Shown: positions 36,826-45,478 of the stretch, piece after piece | How the letters are laid out: every line of letters starts with the position of its first letter | Numbering within the stretch: position 1 is the stretch's first letter | Made by a program: the position numbers and the translations under genes | The notes under the pieces: model-generated | Seen by the model: only the letters and a program-made list of their open reading frames with translations | Told to the model about the DNA's origin: nothing | The model's database searches: none | NCBI GenBank assembly: GCA_964388545.1 | Contig: CAYMAV010000005.1 | Location: 298 to 54,240 of the forward strand | Source: an uncultured Clostridium sp. | Lineage (GTDB): Bacteria; Bacillota_I; Bacilli_A; RF39; UBA660 | Reading direction: 5' to 3' | Length of the DNA: 53,943 nt

Positions 36826-37314
36826 ATGAAAAAAAATAATAAAAAAGTTTATTCAAGCGACAGTGAAGAAATAATGAATATGGGGAAAATATTACTTGGT
36901 ATAATTCTTTCTTTAGGTTTAGTTTATTTGGTATTTGGTATTATGTCTGGAGAAATCAAATTAAAAGAAGAAATTAAAGAAGTGGAAATAAATTATGAAG
37001 AGGTTTTAGGTGGTACTATAGCTAGTATAAAAGAGGAATCTTATTATGTATTACTTTATAATTTTAAGGATTATGATTTCTCAAGAGCGATTGATATTGG
37101 TAATTATCGTTCTAAAAAAGTTTATAAAGTTGATTTAGGAAAAAGTTTTAACTCTCAATATATGGTAACCGATCAAAAAGATGTAAATTTGAAGGATATT
37201 AGTTCTTTAAAGGTTTTAAATCCTACTCTTATAAAGGTAAATAATAAAAAAATAGTTAATAGTGTTTTAGGGAAAAATGAAATAATTAAGGAACTTTTAA
37301 AAGAGGTGAGTTAA
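36826..37314 (+). CDS. Hypothetical membrane-anchored protein
   Basis: Extended -10 'tgttataat' at 36801-36809 and RBS 'ggtga'. One TM helix, 'ILLGIILSLGLVYLVFGI'. No recognisable motif. Confidence 0.55.
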   Translation: MKKNNKKVYSSDSEEIMNMGKILLGIILSLGLVYLVFGIMSGEIKLKEEIKEVEINYEEVLGGTIASIKEESYYVLLYNFKDYDFSRAIDIGNYRSKKVYKVDLGKSFNSQYMVTDQKDVNLKDISSLKVLNPTLIKVNNKKIVNSVLGKNEIIKELLKEVS

Positions 37315-38513
37315 TGGAAAAAAAGAAGACTACTAAGCGAAAAGTTAAAGTAAGAGAAATAGATTTAAAGAAATTTAGTGTTTTAGAAGTAGTTATTCTA
37401 ATATCTTTAACGGCTTTGGTTTTTATGTTTGTAGGAGCTTTTATATTTTATAAAAAATATGATGGTGGGAAATTAAAAAATGGTAAGAATATAGGTGCGA
37501 TTGAAGAAGTTTATAATTCGGTTTTAAAAGAATATTATGGCGAAATCGATGAAGATATATTAACTGATTCAGCTCTTTGGGGTATGAGTAAGATGGGAGA
37601 TAGTTATGCAAGCTATATTCCAAAAGACGAAGTAGGTCTTAATAATGAAATATTAGATGGATCCTATATAGGACTTGGAGTTAATGTTATTAATAACAAA
37701 GATAATTATTTAGAAGTGGTTATAATAAATGATGATTCACCCGCTAAAAAAGCTAAAATAGAGTTAAACGATATAATTTATAAGGTAGATGATTTATCTC
37801 TTCATGATGTTTCGATGGAAGATGTAATAAAATACATAAAAAATTCTAAAAAAGGTGATAAGGTTAAACTCTATATTTTAAGAAATAATGAAAAGATAGA
37901 ATTAGAAGTTGAACTTGATGTAATAGAGCATCAAACAGTATCTTCTTATATAATAGAAAAAAATAATAAGCATATAGGGGTTATTAAAATAAGTTATTTC
38001 TCTAAAAATACCGCACTACAATTTAAGAAGATTTATGAAAATTTAGAAGCAGATTATTTAATTATTGATTTAAGGGATAATAAGGGTGGTTATTTATCTA
38101 ATGCATCGAATATATTGGAGTTGTTTTTAGATAGTAATTCGACTATTTATAGACTTAAAACAAAGGAAAAAGAAGAGTTTATAAAAAGTAACAAAGAGAA
38201 ATTAATCGATAAAAAGGTAGTTTTACTTGTTAATAATAATACTGCTTCTTCATCTGAGATGTTTGCAGCAAGCTTAAAAGATAATTTAAAAGTTAAAATA
38301 ATTGGTGTTCCTACTTATGGAAAAGGATATGTCCAAAAAGTTTTAGAGCTTAGTAACGGTGGTTTATTTAAATTTTCTGCTAGAGAAATATTAACTCCTA
38401 ATGGTATGAGGATTGAAGGAAATGGAGTTTTGGTTGACATATATGTTGAACAAAATGAAGATGATAAGATAGATTATCAACTTGAAAAGGCGATTTTGGA
38501 GGTATTGAAATGA
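37314..38513 (+). CDS. S41-family C-terminal processing peptidase (Ctp/Prc-like) with PDZ domain
   Basis: N-terminal TM helix. PDZ region 'GLGVNVI...SPAKKAKIELNDIIYKVDD'. S41 core 'IIDLRDNKGGYL', 'VLLVNNNTASSSEMFAASLKD' and 'GKGYVQK'. Confidence 0.8.
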   Translation: MEKKKTTKRKVKVREIDLKKFSVLEVVILISLTALVFMFVGAFIFYKKYDGGKLKNGKNIGAIEEVYNSVLKEYYGEIDEDILTDSALWGMSKMGDSYASYIPKDEVGLNNEILDGSYIGLGVNVINNKDNYLEVVIINDDSPAKKAKIELNDIIYKVDDLSLHDVSMEDVIKYIKNSKKGDKVKLYILRNNEKIELEVELDVIEHQTVSSYIIEKNNKHIGVIKISYFSKNTALQFKKIYENLEADYLIIDLRDNKGGYLSNASNILELFLDSNSTIYRLKTKEKEEFIKSNKEKLIDKKVVLLVNNNTASSSEMFAASLKDNLKVKIIGVPTYGKGYVQKVLELSNGGLFKFSAREILTPNGMRIEGNGVLVDIYVEQNEDDKIDYQLEKAILEVLK

Positions 38514-39094
38514 GAAAAAATAAAGGTTTTACCTTAATTGAAATTATTGCAGCGATTATAATTATAGGAATTATTGTACTTGTTGCTAATCCATTAGTTC
38601 AAAGCTTTATTATAAGTTCAAGAAAATCTTCCTTTGCATCGAATGCTAGTGCTTTTTTAGAAACAGTTAAAGCTAAAATGGAAATGTATGAATACGGTGA
38701 AATTGCAGAGACAGAGAGCATGATAGTGCCTCTTCGTTATGTAAAATTAGAAAAAGGTTCAACTGTTGATAGCCCATTTGGAAAATATGATTTGGATCGA
38801 AGTTATATAATTATTACTAATCACAATAATTCAAAAGGCCCAGCTTATCTGTATCACATTAATTTGATGGATGAGACAGGACATGCTATTAAAGAGGGGA
38901 CTTTTAATACTTTAAATAAAAATAAAGTAGAAGCAGGAGATCGAAATAGAATGCCAACCTTAGTAGAAATTGCAACAAATGGTTACAATTGTGAGGTTGC
39001 TAATACTAATTGCTATGAGTTTTTAGAAAAAAGAGATATCTCTGGTGCAACTGGTATTGCTGGTTCTGAAGTCTTAATTTTAATTAAAAGATAA
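38510..39094 (+). CDS. Prepilin-type N-terminal cleavage/methylation-domain protein (type IV pilin/pseudopilin-like)
   Basis: 'MRKNKG|FTLIEIIAAIIIIGIIVLVA' gives the G-F-T-L-I-E class III signal. A C-terminal Cys pair 'NCEVANTNC' is present. The start overlaps the ctp stop (ATGA). Confidence 0.8.
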   Translation: MRKNKGFTLIEIIAAIIIIGIIVLVANPLVQSFIISSRKSSFASNASAFLETVKAKMEMYEYGEIAETESMIVPLRYVKLEKGSTVDSPFGKYDLDRSYIIITNHNNSKGPAYLYHINLMDETGHAIKEGTFNTLNKNKVEAGDRNRMPTLVEIATNGYNCEVANTNCYEFLEKRDISGATGIAGSEVLILIKR

Positions 39095-39179
39095 AATGTA
39101 AACTAATATAATTATAAGGTCAATTAAATAGACACTTTTATTTGTTTGTTATATACTGAAAATAGAATGGAGTGGTGTC

Positions 39180-41165
39180 ATGAAGAAGAAATTATTGACA
39201 ATTATAATTATATTTTTTATTTTTTTTCCTATGGCTTTTGCAAAAGAAATAGAAACAGCAATAGTAAACGCTCCAGCAGGTTTAAGATTAAGAGTGACTC
39301 CTACTACGGATGCATCAATTATATTATCAATGCCACATGGCTCTAAAGTACAAGTTTTAGAAAAAGGCTTTACAGGAACTGGATGCGATGCAGGATGGAT
39401 GAAAGTTGTTTATAATAGCAAGGAAGGTTATACTTGTTCAGCATATTTAATCAATTTTAAAAATGAAACAATACCCGATGATCCGGTTCCGCCAGTTAAT
39501 CCAATATATAATACGGACGAAGAATTTTATGCCTATTTAAGAGCTGAAGGATTTCCAGAAAGCTATTTTGCTAAGTTAAATGAATTAAGAAAAAAACACC
39601 CTAATTGGACTTTTAAAGCGATTAAATCTAGAGATACATGGACTAATTTATTAAATTATCAGGATTTTTCAGGAAGAGCATTATTAGGAGTATATTTAAA
39701 TTCTACTTATGAAGGATGGCTATCAACTAGACAAGGGGATTATAATTGGGAGACAAATATATTTAAACCATATGATGGGTTAGTGTGGAAACAAGCCTCT
39801 AGGGAGGTAATCGCATATCATATTGATCCGCGAAATTATTTAGATGAGAGAACAATTTTTATGTTTGAAACATTAAGCTACAATAGAGATATTCATACGA
39901 CAGAAGTGGTTAGAAATGTTTTATATTCGGACTTTTTAAGACAATTTACATCATTATTTATGAAAGCAGCCGAAGTAACTAATGCTTCTCCGCTATTTTT
40001 AGCTGCGGTATCAAGACAAGAGGTAGGAACATCTAGTACTAATATTGTTACTAATGGTAAAGCTGGAGTTTTATCCGATGGAGTTGATTATACCGGATAC
40101 TATAACTTTTTTAATGTCGGTGCTTCCTCATCATCAGATCCTAAATTAAAATCATTGCAATCAGCTAAGGCAAGAGGATGGAATACTCAAGAAAAATCAA
40201 TTACTGGTGGAGCTCAAGTAATCGCTGGAAATTATATTAAATATGGACAGGATACTTTATTTTATCAAAAATTTAATCATGCTGGGTATTCGCTGACTTA
40301 TATGTGGAATCAATATCAAACTAACATATCCGCACCATCTTCAACAGCGGTAACAACTTTTAATAGTTATAATAATATGGGAATAATTAATTCTTCCTTT
40401 GTTTTTCACATCCCTGTTTATGAGGAAATGCCAGAGGTAACAACTCTTCCACCTTTAGGAAATCCAAATAATTGGTTAAAGAATTTAAAAGTTAATGGAG
40501 TTACATTAACGGGATTTTCTGGTTCGATTACGGATTATAAATTAACAGTATCTGGAGATGTTATAAAAATAGAGGGGACACCTGTTTATGGTAAAGCTCA
40601 AATAACAGGTCTTGGTACCTTTGATTTAAGTGAGTCTAAAACTTTTGAAGTAGTAGTTAAAGCTGAAAATGGAAGTCTTAGAAAATATAAAGTTGAAGTA
40701 ACTAAAACCGAATTACCTGAAACCGATGTTACAATTAATCAAGTTTTAACAAATTCAATATATAAGACAAAAGATAATAAAATTCATAATATAGCTTTAG
40801 GAACTAATGTAGCAAAATTTAGGGATAATATTATAAAAGATAATATAGGAATAAGTATAAATATAAAGGATTCTAGTGGTGCAGCAAAACTAGAAGGAAC
40901 GATTGTTAATGGGGATATTGTTACAATATCAACGAAGAACGAAACAATAGTATTTTATGTAATTATTTATGGAGATGTTACAGGAACTGGACAAATAGGT
41001 ATAGTTGATTTAGGTTCAATTCAAAAGCATCTATTAAGTGTTAAAAAATTAGAAGGAAATGATTTTATAGCGGCAGATGTAAATCGCGATGGTAAGATTA
41101 CGATAGTTGATTTAGGAATGCTTCAAAAACATTTGTTAAAAATAAGTTATATTAATCAGTCATAG
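39180..41165 (+). CDS. Secreted multidomain putative peptidoglycan hydrolase: signal peptide, SH3b, GH73-like glucosaminidase region, cadherin-like beta-sandwich, C-terminal dockerin
   Basis: Signal peptide 'FFPMAFA|KE'. SH3b 'GLRLRVTPTTDASIILSMPHGSKVQVLEK...GWMKVVY'. 'HPNWTF', 'DPRNYL', 'LAAVSRQEVG', 'YYNFFNVGA' and 'GWNTQEKSITGGAQ...GQDTLFYQKFN' are typical of endo-beta-N-acetylglucosaminidases. Cadherin-like module 'LKNLKVNGVTLTGFSGSITDYKL...'. Dockerin duplicated segments at 40971-41138. Confidence 0.7.
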   Translation: MKKKLLTIIIIFFIFFPMAFAKEIETAIVNAPAGLRLRVTPTTDASIILSMPHGSKVQVLEKGFTGTGCDAGWMKVVYNSKEGYTCSAYLINFKNETIPDDPVPPVNPIYNTDEEFYAYLRAEGFPESYFAKLNELRKKHPNWTFKAIKSRDTWTNLLNYQDFSGRALLGVYLNSTYEGWLSTRQGDYNWETNIFKPYDGLVWKQASREVIAYHIDPRNYLDERTIFMFETLSYNRDIHTTEVVRNVLYSDFLRQFTSLFMKAAEVTNASPLFLAAVSRQEVGTSSTNIVTNGKAGVLSDGVDYTGYYNFFNVGASSSSDPKLKSLQSAKARGWNTQEKSITGGAQVIAGNYIKYGQDTLFYQKFNHAGYSLTYMWNQYQTNISAPSSTAVTTFNSYNNMGIINSSFVFHIPVYEEMPEVTTLPPLGNPNNWLKNLKVNGVTLTGFSGSITDYKLTVSGDVIKIEGTPVYGKAQITGLGTFDLSESKTFEVVVKAENGSLRKYKVEVTKTELPETDVTINQVLTNSIYKTKDNKIHNIALGTNVAKFRDNIIKDNIGISINIKDSSGAAKLEGTIVNGDIVTISTKNETIVFYVIIYGDVTGTGQIGIVDLGSIQKHLLSVKKLEGNDFIAADVNRDGKITIVDLGMLQKHLLKISYINQS

Positions 41166-41173
41166 GAGGCATT

Positions 41174-42502
41174 ATGAAGAAATTTATCAAATTATCAATA
41201 TTAATTGTTATCTTTTTCTTAAGTGTTTTAATTGTAAAGGGTGCAGCAAATAGTATTACAATTACCTCAAATACTAGTAAGGTTGTAGTAGGAAACAAAG
41301 TAACTTATACTGTTAAGATAACCTCTGCTAAATCTTTAATTGCGCTTCAATACAGCATCTCTTACGATACATCTAAACTGACCTTAATTAGCGGAACTGC
41401 CAAGGGGGTAGATTACTATACTGGCCCAAGAACATCGGCAACCTATACCTTTACTTTTAGAGCCAAAGCAAGTGGAACAGCAAATTTTACTTTTAAAGCC
41501 GAAGGAGCGGCCTATTCAACCGATGAGTCGATTAATTTTGGAAGTAAAAGCAAATCGATTAGTATTATTACTCAACAGCAATTAGAAGCTAGCTATAGTA
41601 AAAATAACAATTTAACTTATTTAGAGGTTACAGGATATAAAATTACTCCTGTCTTTAACGCTAATACAACAAATTATAATTTGGTTGTTGAAAATGATGT
41701 AAGAGAAGTTATTGTTAAAGGAACCTTAGCAGATTCTAGATCAACAGTTAAAGGATTAGGAAAACATAGTCTAGAAGAGGGTATAAATAAAATTGTTGTT
41801 ACGGTTACTGCTCAAAATGGAGTATCAAAAAATTATACGATTAATATTGAAGTAAAAGAGTTAGAACCAATAATAGTAGAAATTGAAGGAGTAAAATATA
41901 ATGTAGTTAGAAAAGCTAAATTATTAACTAAACCTAATAGCTTATTCATTGAAAAAAACACTAAAATAGGAGAATTTGAGGTACCCTCTTTTTATAATGA
42001 GGTATCTAATATTACTTTAGTGGGACTTAAGGATGAGAGAAATGATATTCATCTATATGAATTTAATAATGGTAAATATATTTTATATAATGAATTAAAA
42101 TTTTCAGAGATAATAACAGTATTTAAAAAGTTAGATAAAATTCCCAAAGGATATAATGAAACAAAAATCAAATATAATGATAAGGAATATATAGCATATA
42201 AAAAAGATAATATTTATTTGATTAATCTATTAAATTTAAAAACAGGTAAGACAAAACTTTATCGATTTGATAATAAAGAAGGTACTATTCAAGGTTATAA
42301 TTTAGATGAAGAAAACGAAAAAATTACTCTGGAGAAAAATAATAAAATATATATTTATATAATAATAATTCTTTCTGGTATTATTTTTACTACTTATTCC
42401 GTTCTTATTGGCTATAAAATTAAAAAGAATTTAACAAAAAAGAAGAAAAAAATAGAAAATAATGATAAAATAAAAGAAGAGAAAAATAAAGGAAAAAAAT
42501 AA
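41174..42502 (+). CDS. Surface protein: signal peptide, cohesin-like module, cadherin-like beta-sandwich, unknown domain, C-terminal TM anchor with Lys-rich tail
   Basis: Signal peptide 'LIVKGA|ANS'. 'VVVGNKVTYTVKITSAKSLIALQYSISYDTSKLTLISGTAKG...FTFRAKASGTANFTFKAEG' follows the cohesin sequence pattern. Cadherin-like module 'LTYLEVTGYKITPVFNANTTNYNLVVEN...'. TM helix 'IYIYIIIILSGIIFTTYSVLIGY'. Confidence 0.55.
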   Translation: MKKFIKLSILIVIFFLSVLIVKGAANSITITSNTSKVVVGNKVTYTVKITSAKSLIALQYSISYDTSKLTLISGTAKGVDYYTGPRTSATYTFTFRAKASGTANFTFKAEGAAYSTDESINFGSKSKSISIITQQQLEASYSKNNNLTYLEVTGYKITPVFNANTTNYNLVVENDVREVIVKGTLADSRSTVKGLGKHSLEEGINKIVVTVTAQNGVSKNYTINIEVKELEPIIVEIEGVKYNVVRKAKLLTKPNSLFIEKNTKIGEFEVPSFYNEVSNITLVGLKDERNDIHLYEFNNGKYILYNELKFSEIITVFKKLDKIPKGYNETKIKYNDKEYIAYKKDNIYLINLLNLKTGKTKLYRFDNKEGTIQGYNLDEENEKITLEKNNKIYIYIIIILSGIIFTTYSVLIGYKIKKNLTKKKKKIENNDKIKEEKNKGKK

Positions 42503-42525
42503 TCTTCTTTTTTCAAGGAGGAAAT

Positions 42526-44631
42526 ATGGCTAAAAGAAGAAAAAAGATAAGAATTAATTCATTTTTATCAATTTTTTATATACTATCAGCTCTTTATTTA
42601 ATAAGAGCAATTCTATATTTTAACAAAATAGAAAATAAAATAAGATATATCGTTGTGGGCGTAATAGGAATCTCAATCTTAATTTTTCTATTCCTAACTT
42701 TTATTAAAAAAGGTGGTAAGAAGAAAAAAGGCTTAACGATATCTTTAATATTTTTATTAATTTTTAATATTTATGTTGGATATAATCTATCTTCTATTTA
42801 TGAGCATATTTCTAATTTAAATAAAAAAGTTGTTTATTCAGTAACAATGGTTACTTTAAAGGAAAATGAAAACAAATATAACGATTTTAGCAATTTAAAA
42901 AAGAAGAAAATTGGCCTATTAAACAAGGAAGTGGATATTGAAATATATAATCTTTCAGTTTTATCAATTAATAATAATAATTTAAATAATAATACTATTA
43001 TCGACACTTATGAAGGTGAATTTACAATGATTAAGGATCTTTTAGATAAGAAGATTGATGTAGCGTATTTACCAACTAATTACAAAGAGGCATTAAATCC
43101 TGAATTATTTGGTGGAGAAGAGGCAACTAAAAAAGAATTTGATAAATTAGTAAGCATTAATAAGGCACAAGTTGAAAAAGAAGTATCTAAAGAAGATGAA
43201 AAATTAAGTAGTAAACAAATTGATATTAATAAACCTTTTACAATGCTTTTGATGGGAATAGATTCAACAACTGATAGCATTGCAAAAACTAATTCAACTA
43301 ATGGAGATTCCTTAATGGTTGTAACATTTAATCCTAAAACAATGAATATGACTATTCTTAGTTTACCAAGAGATAGTTATGTTTATATAACATGTATGGG
43401 AACAGAAAATAAATTAACTCATTCGGCCCAAAGAGGAATGAAATGTGTAATTAGTACAATAGAGGGATTTTTAAATGTAAAGATCGATTACTATGTAAAG
43501 ATTAATTTTAATGGAGTAGTTAAGTTAGTCGACCAAGTAGGTGGAATAGAAGTAGATGTTCCATATAATGTCTGCGAACAAGATAGTAAAAGAAGATTTG
43601 GAAAATATATGGTTTATATAGATAAGGGATTACAAAAACTTAATGGAGAACAAGCTCTAGCACTTTCAAGAAACAGAAAGATTCATTATGAATATTGTAA
43701 GGGTAAATATACTGAAGGATATAGAGATGACTTTACAAGAGGGCATAATCAACAGTTAGTAGTAATGGGACTTTTAGATAAAATAAAAGAATATACAAAT
43801 GTTAATAATTTTAAAAATTTATTAAAAATAGTGGAAAATAATATAGATACTAATATGAGTCAAGATACAATATTTTCTTTTTATGATTTATTTAAAGAGA
43901 TAATGAAGAATTCTTCAGGAGAACAAATATTTAATATTCAAAGACTGGTTTTAAAAGGTAATTCACAAATAATATTTGATGAGAGAAGTAAGTTAGAAAT
44001 GGATAATATAATTTTAAATCCTAATAGTCTTAAAGCGGTTAAAGAAGCGATGAAGGCTAATTTAGGGAAGGCATCAATTACTCCAAATAAAACATTTAGC
44101 TATAAATACGGAGAAAATTATATTAAAAATATTATCGGAAATATTACCTATGGGCAAAAATACTATACATTATTACCTAGTTTTATAGGTAAAACGGAAG
44201 GTGAAGTAAGTACTTATTGTAAAAATAATGGTCTTACTTTAAATGTAGAATATGTAGTTAGTAGTGGTAAAAAATCAGGTACAGTATTAGAACAAAATTA
44301 TCCTGAAAAGAAAAGAGCGGATTTAATTACTGATAAAATATTAAAAATTAAAGTAGTTAGAAATGAAGTCGATTGCCTAACTAGTACGGATAAGGTTTGT
44401 AATTTACCGGATTTCGAAGGAAAGAAGATAAGTGATTATAATGCTTGGAAAAACAAAATATATAATAAAATTACTTATAAAACAGTAGAAGTAGAAAGCG
44501 AAAAAACCGAAGGAACGATTATTTCTCAGTCGGTTTCCGCCGGAACAACGGTAAAGGAAATATTAGAGGCTAATAAAATAATCACTTTTGAAATCGCTAA
44601 AAAGAAAACAATAGAGGAGCCAACTCCATAG
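42526..44631 (+). CDS. LytR-CpsA-Psr (LCP) family glycopolymer transferase with an extra N-terminal extracellular domain and two C-terminal PASTA domains
   Basis: Two N-terminal TM helices. LCP core 'FTMLLMGIDS...GDSLMVVTFNP...ILSLPRDSYV...VKINFNGVVKLVDQVGGIEVDV...ALALSRNR'. PASTA-like repeats 'LPSFIGKTEGEVSTYCKNNGLTLNV...GTVLEQNYP' and 'LPDFEGKKISDY...GTIISQSVSAGTTV' (about 44173-44598). Confidence 0.8.
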   Translation: MAKRRKKIRINSFLSIFYILSALYLIRAILYFNKIENKIRYIVVGVIGISILIFLFLTFIKKGGKKKKGLTISLIFLLIFNIYVGYNLSSIYEHISNLNKKVVYSVTMVTLKENENKYNDFSNLKKKKIGLLNKEVDIEIYNLSVLSINNNNLNNNTIIDTYEGEFTMIKDLLDKKIDVAYLPTNYKEALNPELFGGEEATKKEFDKLVSINKAQVEKEVSKEDEKLSSKQIDINKPFTMLLMGIDSTTDSIAKTNSTNGDSLMVVTFNPKTMNMTILSLPRDSYVYITCMGTENKLTHSAQRGMKCVISTIEGFLNVKIDYYVKINFNGVVKLVDQVGGIEVDVPYNVCEQDSKRRFGKYMVYIDKGLQKLNGEQALALSRNRKIHYEYCKGKYTEGYRDDFTRGHNQQLVVMGLLDKIKEYTNVNNFKNLLKIVENNIDTNMSQDTIFSFYDLFKEIMKNSSGEQIFNIQRLVLKGNSQIIFDERSKLEMDNIILNPNSLKAVKEAMKANLGKASITPNKTFSYKYGENYIKNIIGNITYGQKYYTLLPSFIGKTEGEVSTYCKNNGLTLNVEYVVSSGKKSGTVLEQNYPEKKRADLITDKILKIKVVRNEVDCLTSTDKVCNLPDFEGKKISDYNAWKNKIYNKITYKTVEVESEKTEGTIISQSVSAGTTVKEILEANKIITFEIAKKKTIEEPTP

Positions 44632-44639
44632 GAGATTTT

Positions 44640-45464
44640 ATGGAAAAATATCGCGAAATAGAAAAAAGCATTATAAAGAAATATCGAAAAGAAATATGGA
44701 GTAAATTTGTAAGATCAGTTCAAGAATATGAGCTTATTGGAGAAAACGATCATATTATGGTTTGTATCTCAGGTGGAAAGGATTCCTTTCTTTTGGCTAA
44801 ATGTATTGAAGAATTGATAAGACATGGGAGGATTCCTTTTAAGGCCACCTATGTGGTTATGGATCCTGGATATAATAAGGAAAATAGAAAGTTAATAGAA
44901 GAAAATGCTAAAACACTAAATATTGATCTTCATATCTTTGATAGTGATATTTTTGAGGTAATTGATAAGGTTGATTTTAAAGCTCCTTGTTACATGTGTG
45001 CTAAGATGAGAAGAGGAACCTTATATAATAAGGCTAATGAATTAGGCTGTAATAAGATAGCCCTAGGTCATCATTTTGACGATGTTATTGAAACTACTTT
45101 ATTATCGATCTTTTATGGATCAGAGGTTAAAACGATGATGCCTAAACTTTACAGTACTAATTTTAAAGGATTAGAGTTAATTAGGCCTCTATACTTAGTT
45201 AAGGAAGAAGATATTATAAGTTGGCAGAAATATAATGGATTAAAATTTTTAAACTGTGCATGTAAATATACAACTAAAGAATATATCGATGAAAATAATA
45301 GTAAAAGAAAGGTTCTGAAAAGTCTTATTAAAGAGTTAAAAAAAGATAATCCTAATATTGATTATAATATTTTTAAATCGCTAGATAATGTTAATTTAAA
45401 CTGTGTTCTAGGAGTTAAAAAGGATGGGGTATATAAAAGCTTTTTAGATGATTATGATAAATAA
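44640..45464 (+). CDS. ttcA: TtcA-family PP-loop ATPase (tRNA 2-thiocytidine synthase-like)
   Basis: PP-loop 'VCISGGKDS', 'APCYMCAKMRRG' (CxxC), 'IALGHHFDD' and 'LNCAC'. Confidence 0.75.
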   Translation: MEKYREIEKSIIKKYRKEIWSKFVRSVQEYELIGENDHIMVCISGGKDSFLLAKCIEELIRHGRIPFKATYVVMDPGYNKENRKLIEENAKTLNIDLHIFDSDIFEVIDKVDFKAPCYMCAKMRRGTLYNKANELGCNKIALGHHFDDVIETTLLSIFYGSEVKTMMPKLYSTNFKGLELIRPLYLVKEEDIISWQKYNGLKFLNCACKYTTKEYIDENNSKRKVLKSLIKELKKDNPNIDYNIFKSLDNVNLNCVLGVKKDGVYKSFLDDYDK

Positions 45465-45478
45465 GAAAGGATGTTAAT

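Noticed and set aside
39146-39346. A 66-aa plus-strand ORF overlapping the start of the SH3/GH73/dockerin gene.
   Set aside because: It is out of frame with, and overlapped by, a 661-aa ORF that has a proper RBS ('ggagtgg') and signal peptide. It has no RBS and no motif of its own.
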